Of a DNA stretch of 64,000 nucleotides, positions 59,498-64,000 are shown one piece after another (the stretch's first letter is position 1; each line of letters begins with the position of its first letter). Where the stretch lies: the IMG/VR virus record IMGVR_UViG_3300030110_004015. One strand, 5' to 3'. The notes under the pieces are model-generated. The model was not told the origin of the DNA, ran no database searches, and was given only the letters and a program-made list of their open reading frames with translations. This DNA comes from an uncultured virus (IMG/VR IMGVR_UViG_3300030110_004015) (taxonomy: Duplodnaviria > Heunggongvirae > Uroviricota > Caudoviricetes > Crassvirales). The position numbers were made by a program, and so were the translations under genes.

Positions 59498-60012
59498 AAG
59501 GTTTTCCTATAAAAAAATATTTAGATAAAAAACCACCTAGTAACAACTCATTTACTACTATGCAAGAGTTAAAGGAGTTAAACAAGGTGCCTATGAATAA
59601 AAAATTTGTAAGACAAAAAGATGATGTTGAAAAATGTTTTAGCTCTATAGTTGATGATAAGCCTCTTATAAGACAATTAATGGACGAAACAGTTCCTATT
59701 ATAACAAAAATAAAACATCATCACAAAAGACCTAGACCTAAAAAACTTGCAAAAAAATACGGTATGAATATGAAAGACATTGAGATGCCATCAATGAAAA
59801 CACCTTCATACCCATCAGGACACTCTGCTCAAGGTGTATTAGTTGGCATGGCTTTAAGTAAAAAATTTCCAAGCAAAAAGAAACAACTAATGAGTATGGC
59901 AAAAGATATTTCTAAAAGTAGAAACGTTGCGCATGCACATTATAAATCTGATTCTGTTCTTGGTGAAAAAATAGGCAAAGACATGTATAATTATATAAAA
60001 GATAAACTATGA
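59485..60012 (+). CDS. PAP2-superfamily phosphatase
   Basis: K....RPRP, PSYPSGHS, SR....AHY.SD. Confidence 0.85.
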   Translation: MEVLKGFPIKKYLDKKPPSNNSFTTMQELKELNKVPMNKKFVRQKDDVEKCFSSIVDDKPLIRQLMDETVPIITKIKHHHKRPRPKKLAKKYGMNMKDIEMPSMKTPSYPSGHSAQGVLVGMALSKKFPSKKKQLMSMAKDISKSRNVAHAHYKSDSVLGEKIGKDMYNYIKDKL

Positions 60013-62375
60013 AAAAAATTTTACTGTTATTAATGTTACCAATAATAACCTTTGCTCAAAAAGAAATGGTTATTATGGTAAAAACAGATAGCTATCCTTC
60101 TGAAACTAGATGGGTATTGTATGCAGATAGTTTTCAAGGACCAATGATTTCAGAGGTTCAATATGGTCATTATGATTCTGCTAATACAATGAATTATGAT
60201 ACATTATTTTTAGCAGATAGTATTACTAATATATCATGGGTTATATATGATTCTTTTGGAGATGGTATTGTTAATGGTGAATATTATGTAACTATATGTG
60301 AAGATACTATAGTTAATTATCCTGTTTCTACATTTAGCAATGGTTTAATACATAATAGAACTGTGCCTCAATGTATGCCACAGCCTCCACCGTTACAAAT
60401 GGTGCCAGCTAAAGTTATAATAAACTTAGATCAATATCAAAGTGAAACTAGTTGGGATATAAAAGACACAAATGGTATAACGTATGCTTCTGGTAGTGGT
60501 TATAACTCTCAACCTGATTATGCTAGTGTTGTTATACCGGTACAGATACCAAAAGGACAATTAGTATTTACAATATATGATACGTATGGAGATGGTTTAA
60601 ACGGTGCGTTATGGCAAGGACAAGATGGTTCTTATTACGTTGTTCAATGTAATGATACGTTAGTGTATGGTACAGATCCTGCTTTTGGAAATGATACTTC
60701 TCATGTACTTGTATCTGATTCTTGTCCTCCTATACTTGGTTGTACTGATAATGATTATATAGAGTGGAATCCTTTTGCTACAGTAGATGACGGTAGTTGT
60801 CAAACTTTAAAAATATTTGGATGTGTAGATAGTACAATGTACAACTACGATCCTAACGCTAATACAATGGAGTTAATTGACACTTGTGTTTACACTTTAA
60901 TATTACATGATTTAATGGGTAATGGTTGGGTTGGTTCACATTTAAAACTTATACACCCTGATACAATGTATCAATTTACTCATACTGGTGGTTTTAATGA
61001 TATATATTATGTGGGATTAACCGCACCAGATCCAATAACGTTTAGATTTCATATATCTGCTCAAGCTAGTTTAACCACTATAGAGTGTGGATTTACTCTG
61101 ATTAATCCAGAAGGAGATACAATGATAAGTATACAACCTCCTTTTATACAACCATTATTACCTTATCAATTAATAACTAATTGTGGTAACACATGTGAAG
61201 AAAAAGTATATGGTTGTTTAGATTCATTAGCTGTTAACTATGATAGTTTAGCAAACACAACTGATAACTCTTGTTATTATACGCCTGGGTGTACAAACTC
61301 TTCTTATTTAGAATATTATACACAAGGATTTGTAGCTGATTATAATGATGGTAGCTGTGTTACTCCAGCTATATGGGGTTGTATCGACTCAACAGCATTT
61401 AATTATGACCCAACGGCAAACATAGATAATGGTGGTTGTGTACCAGTTGTTGTAGGTTGTATGATACCAGGGTCTTTTAATTATAACGCACAAGCAAATA
61501 CATCCGGACCGTGTATTCCTATTATTTATGGTTGTACTTCTCCTATAGCTTTTAACTATAATCCTCTCGCAAATACAGATGATGGGTCTTGTATAGGAGT
61601 CATATATGGATGTACAGATTCTACAATGTGGAATTATATGCCTAGTGCTAATATAGATGATTCTAGTTGTGTTCCGTACATATTTGGATGTATGGATGCA
61701 ACAATGTGGAATTATAACCCTAGCGCAAACACTGATAACGGATCGTGCATTGCTTTTGCTTATGGTTGTACTGATAGCACAATGTTTAATTACGATCCAC
61801 TAGCAAATACAGATAATGGAAACTGCATACCTTTTATTTATGGTTGTACTGATCCTAGTATGCTTAATTATAACCCGCAGGCTAATACAGAAGATTTTAG
61901 TTGCATTGCTTATATTTATGGTTGTATGGACAGTACTGCTATTAACTATGATACGCTGGCTAATACTGACAATGGTTCGTGTATTGAAGCTATTATCGGG
62001 TGTATGGATCCGAATGCGTGGAATTATAATCCGTTAGCAAATGTAATCTTAGGACATGATTCGTTAGGATGTTTATACGCGGCAGATTGTTCTGCTACAG
62101 AGCCTGGTGAGCCTTTCTTTTTAAATGACGAATGTTACGCTTGGGTTATTAGTGTAGATGATTATTGTTGTGAAAACGAATGGGACACGATATGTCAAGC
62201 CACATACGATCATTGTTTTAATGGTTGGACTGGGCCGTTATTAGCAAGAGAAATGCAAAAGAAAATTATAGCTATAACAGATTTGTTAGGAAGACCAACA
62301 AAAGAAATAAAAAATCAACTTCTATTTTACATATACAACGATGGAAGTGTAGTAAGAAAATTAATAAAAGAATAA
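60009..62375 (+). CDS. Secreted Cys-rich repeat protein with T9SS-like C-terminal sorting domain
   Basis: Signal peptide; DS.GDG Ca-binding-type motifs; many GC.D....NY.P.AN.D.GSC repeats; ITDLLGR...FYIYNDGSV..K.I. Confidence 0.75.
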   Translation: MKKILLLLMLPIITFAQKEMVIMVKTDSYPSETRWVLYADSFQGPMISEVQYGHYDSANTMNYDTLFLADSITNISWVIYDSFGDGIVNGEYYVTICEDTIVNYPVSTFSNGLIHNRTVPQCMPQPPPLQMVPAKVIINLDQYQSETSWDIKDTNGITYASGSGYNSQPDYASVVIPVQIPKGQLVFTIYDTYGDGLNGALWQGQDGSYYVVQCNDTLVYGTDPAFGNDTSHVLVSDSCPPILGCTDNDYIEWNPFATVDDGSCQTLKIFGCVDSTMYNYDPNANTMELIDTCVYTLILHDLMGNGWVGSHLKLIHPDTMYQFTHTGGFNDIYYVGLTAPDPITFRFHISAQASLTTIECGFTLINPEGDTMISIQPPFIQPLLPYQLITNCGNTCEEKVYGCLDSLAVNYDSLANTTDNSCYYTPGCTNSSYLEYYTQGFVADYNDGSCVTPAIWGCIDSTAFNYDPTANIDNGGCVPVVVGCMIPGSFNYNAQANTSGPCIPIIYGCTSPIAFNYNPLANTDDGSCIGVIYGCTDSTMWNYMPSANIDDSSCVPYIFGCMDATMWNYNPSANTDNGSCIAFAYGCTDSTMFNYDPLANTDNGNCIPFIYGCTDPSMLNYNPQANTEDFSCIAYIYGCMDSTAINYDTLANTDNGSCIEAIIGCMDPNAWNYNPLANVILGHDSLGCLYAADCSATEPGEPFFLNDECYAWVISVDDYCCENEWDTICQATYDHCFNGWTGPLLAREMQKKIIAITDLLGRPTKEIKNQLLFYIYNDGSVVRKLIKE

Positions 62376-62376
62376 T

Positions 62377-62778
62377 ATGGGTACTTTTCAAAGCAGAAAA
62401 ATAACAGAAACATCTCTAGTGGAATCATTAACCGATTGTAATACTGGAGGTGATGATTTTTATAATTCTGGAATAGAGTTTGTTAAGATAGTAAATGATC
62501 ATGCTTCAAATCATTACAAAATAACTCTTACACCACCGAAAACTAGTGTTTCAACAACGATACATGGTTCTTTAACAAAATCAGCGGTAGTTGTTACTGT
62601 TGAAAATGGTGAAGAAGCTTATCTTGGACCTTTTAAACCTAACATGTGGAATAACGCTAGTGATAAAATATCTTTAGCGTACGCTCACGGTGCTGGTAGT
62701 GGTTCTGCAGAAGACACAGCTATTGGCTCTGGTTCACACCTTTTAAAAGCAGAAGTATTATATCTAGATCCTAAATAA
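62377..62778 (+). CDS. Putative small structural protein
   Basis: 133-aa beta-rich ORF. Confidence 0.5.
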   Translation: MGTFQSRKITETSLVESLTDCNTGGDDFYNSGIEFVKIVNDHASNHYKITLTPPKTSVSTTIHGSLTKSAVVVTVENGEEAYLGPFKPNMWNNASDKISLAYAHGAGSGSAEDTAIGSGSHLLKAEVLYLDPK

Positions 62779-62795
62779 TAAATAAATAATAAATT

Positions 62796-63203
62796 ATGGC
62801 AACAGTAACAGCAGCAATTACCTTATCTAGTGCGGCAGGTGATTTAATAACAGACGCACTATCACTGTCTGATTCTACAAGTATGACGGTAACAGATATG
62901 GGAACAACAGGTTTAGCTAGAGCAAAAGTTCAAGCCACAGCGGTTCACGCTACGGCTACAGTATTATATACTGCGGATGATTATGCTGCTGGACCCCATT
63001 TGTATATTAAAAATACAGCGGCATCACCATCTGAATTTATTTGGGTGTACGACGATACTACTTCTGGTGATCCTGTTATATTAAAAATGGCGGGTGGCGA
63101 TTGGGCTTTCATGCCTTTAAAAGGTGATAAGACTTTAAAAGCTTATGCACCAAGTGGTAATAATCCATTAATAGAGTGGATAGTTTACGGAACAGATCAA
63201 TAA
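62796..63203 (+). CDS. Small structural protein, paralog 1
   Basis: MAT.TA.ITL...LYIKN...SEF...GDWAFMP. Confidence 0.6.
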   Translation: MATVTAAITLSSAAGDLITDALSLSDSTSMTVTDMGTTGLARAKVQATAVHATATVLYTADDYAAGPHLYIKNTAASPSEFIWVYDDTTSGDPVILKMAGGDWAFMPLKGDKTLKAYAPSGNNPLIEWIVYGTDQ

Positions 63204-63234
63204 CAATAAATAATAATAACAAAAATAATTAATT

Positions 63235-63651
63235 ATGCCTACAGCAACACTAACATTAACAAGTGCGGATATAGCCGGTGATCCGGTAAACGTATCCAAA
63301 ACGTCTACTTGCTATAAAGCCGGTACGACTACTCCGCTAGATCAAACAGCGGGATTAAATAAAATAATTTTAACAACAACAGATAATAAAGAATTATATG
63401 TAGCTACAGCAGCTGGAAATGATTTAAATGCTAAGTTATATATATGTAATAAATCTACAGTTCCTTCTGAATTTGTTACTATAACAATAAACGCTCAAGA
63501 TATAGGAAAACTATATGCTGGCGCGTGGATGTTTATTCCTTGGAGTCAAACAGATACAGCGGCTCAAATTGAGTGTCAAGCAAGCGTAGCAACTGCTATG
63601 CCGGTTGAGTACATGCTTATGCATGAAGGATACGATTTAATAACTGCATAA
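63235..63651 (+). CDS. Small structural protein, paralog 2
   Basis: YKAG, LYICN...SEF...IGKLYAGAWMFIPW. Confidence 0.6.
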   Translation: MPTATLTLTSADIAGDPVNVSKTSTCYKAGTTTPLDQTAGLNKIILTTTDNKELYVATAAGNDLNAKLYICNKSTVPSEFVTITINAQDIGKLYAGAWMFIPWSQTDTAAQIECQASVATAMPVEYMLMHEGYDLITA

Positions 63652-63675
63652 AATAACTTTTAAAAAAATAATAAT

Positions 63676-64000
63676 ATGGCAACAATAACAGCAAATATAG
63701 CTTTAAATAATGATGTGGCTTCTTCAGCAATATCTATAGCTCAAGCAATGGATCTTTATAAAGCTGGAGGTACAGAAGGCATGGATACTATGACCTCCGT
63801 AAGTAAAATATTAACTAGCACAGATCATGTTGATTTAATAACAGCAGCATCTGTAAGTGGATCACACCATTATGTTTATATATCTAACCCTTCAACAGTG
63901 GCTTCAGAATATTTTCATGTAACAATTGGGGACAGCGTTGGTAGTGGTACTTACGACAACGGTACTTTACCTACTGAAGAAATTGGTAGATTATACGGTG
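63676..64000 (+). CDS. Small structural protein, paralog 3 (partial)
   Basis: Manual translation MATITANIAL...YKAGG...VYISN...SEYF...IGRLYG. Confidence 0.6.
   Translation, partial: MATITANIALNNDVASSAISIAQAMDLYKAGGTEGMDTMTSVSKILTSTDHVDLITAASVSGSHHYVYISNPSTVASEYFHVTIGDSVGSGTYDNGTLPTEEIGRLYG

Noticed and set aside
1..64000. Stop-codon reassignment, diversity-generating retroelement, introns/inteins, integrase
   Set aside because: Genes are intact and densely packed in the standard code. I recognised no reverse transcriptase, TR/VR pair, intein motif or recombinase in this window.

Overview
A 64-kb piece of an AT-rich, tailed dsDNA phage genome. The host is probably Bacteroidota/Flavobacteriia, inferred from A-rich leaders without Shine-Dalgarno sequences and a T9SS-like C-terminal signal. 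There are two divergent arms. The minus-strand arm (1-11.2 kb) holds early and replication genes: primase N-terminus, SSB-like protein, exonuclease, ERF, sigma-70-family factor, nucleotidase, DenV-like glycosylase, ATP-dependent ligase, glutaredoxin and many small ORFs. The plus-strand arm (11.5-64 kb) holds late genes: basic SPxK-motif proteins, a zincin, GroEL with two GroES-like genes, holin, terminase, portal, scaffold, major capsid, podovirus-type tail proteins, ejection/cargo proteins and a host-envelope module. Read directly from the DNA: eight copies of an early promoter-like motif (ACAAACTAAATACGA-N9-GATAAT), four copies of a second motif (TAAAWA-N12-WGTRAT), two tRNA-elbow-like mini elements, a 22-bp operator-like repeat, and a G-quadruplex motif at the strand switch. 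The leading hypothesis is a 3109-aa, probably injected, polyprotein. It carries a zincin, a sigma-70 region-2-like domain and a HAD phosphatase with an inserted P-loop kinase, separated by [AYF]S[KR] motifs, and could deliver a sigma-like factor for the early promoters. All family assignments are by-eye motif recognition, not database searches.
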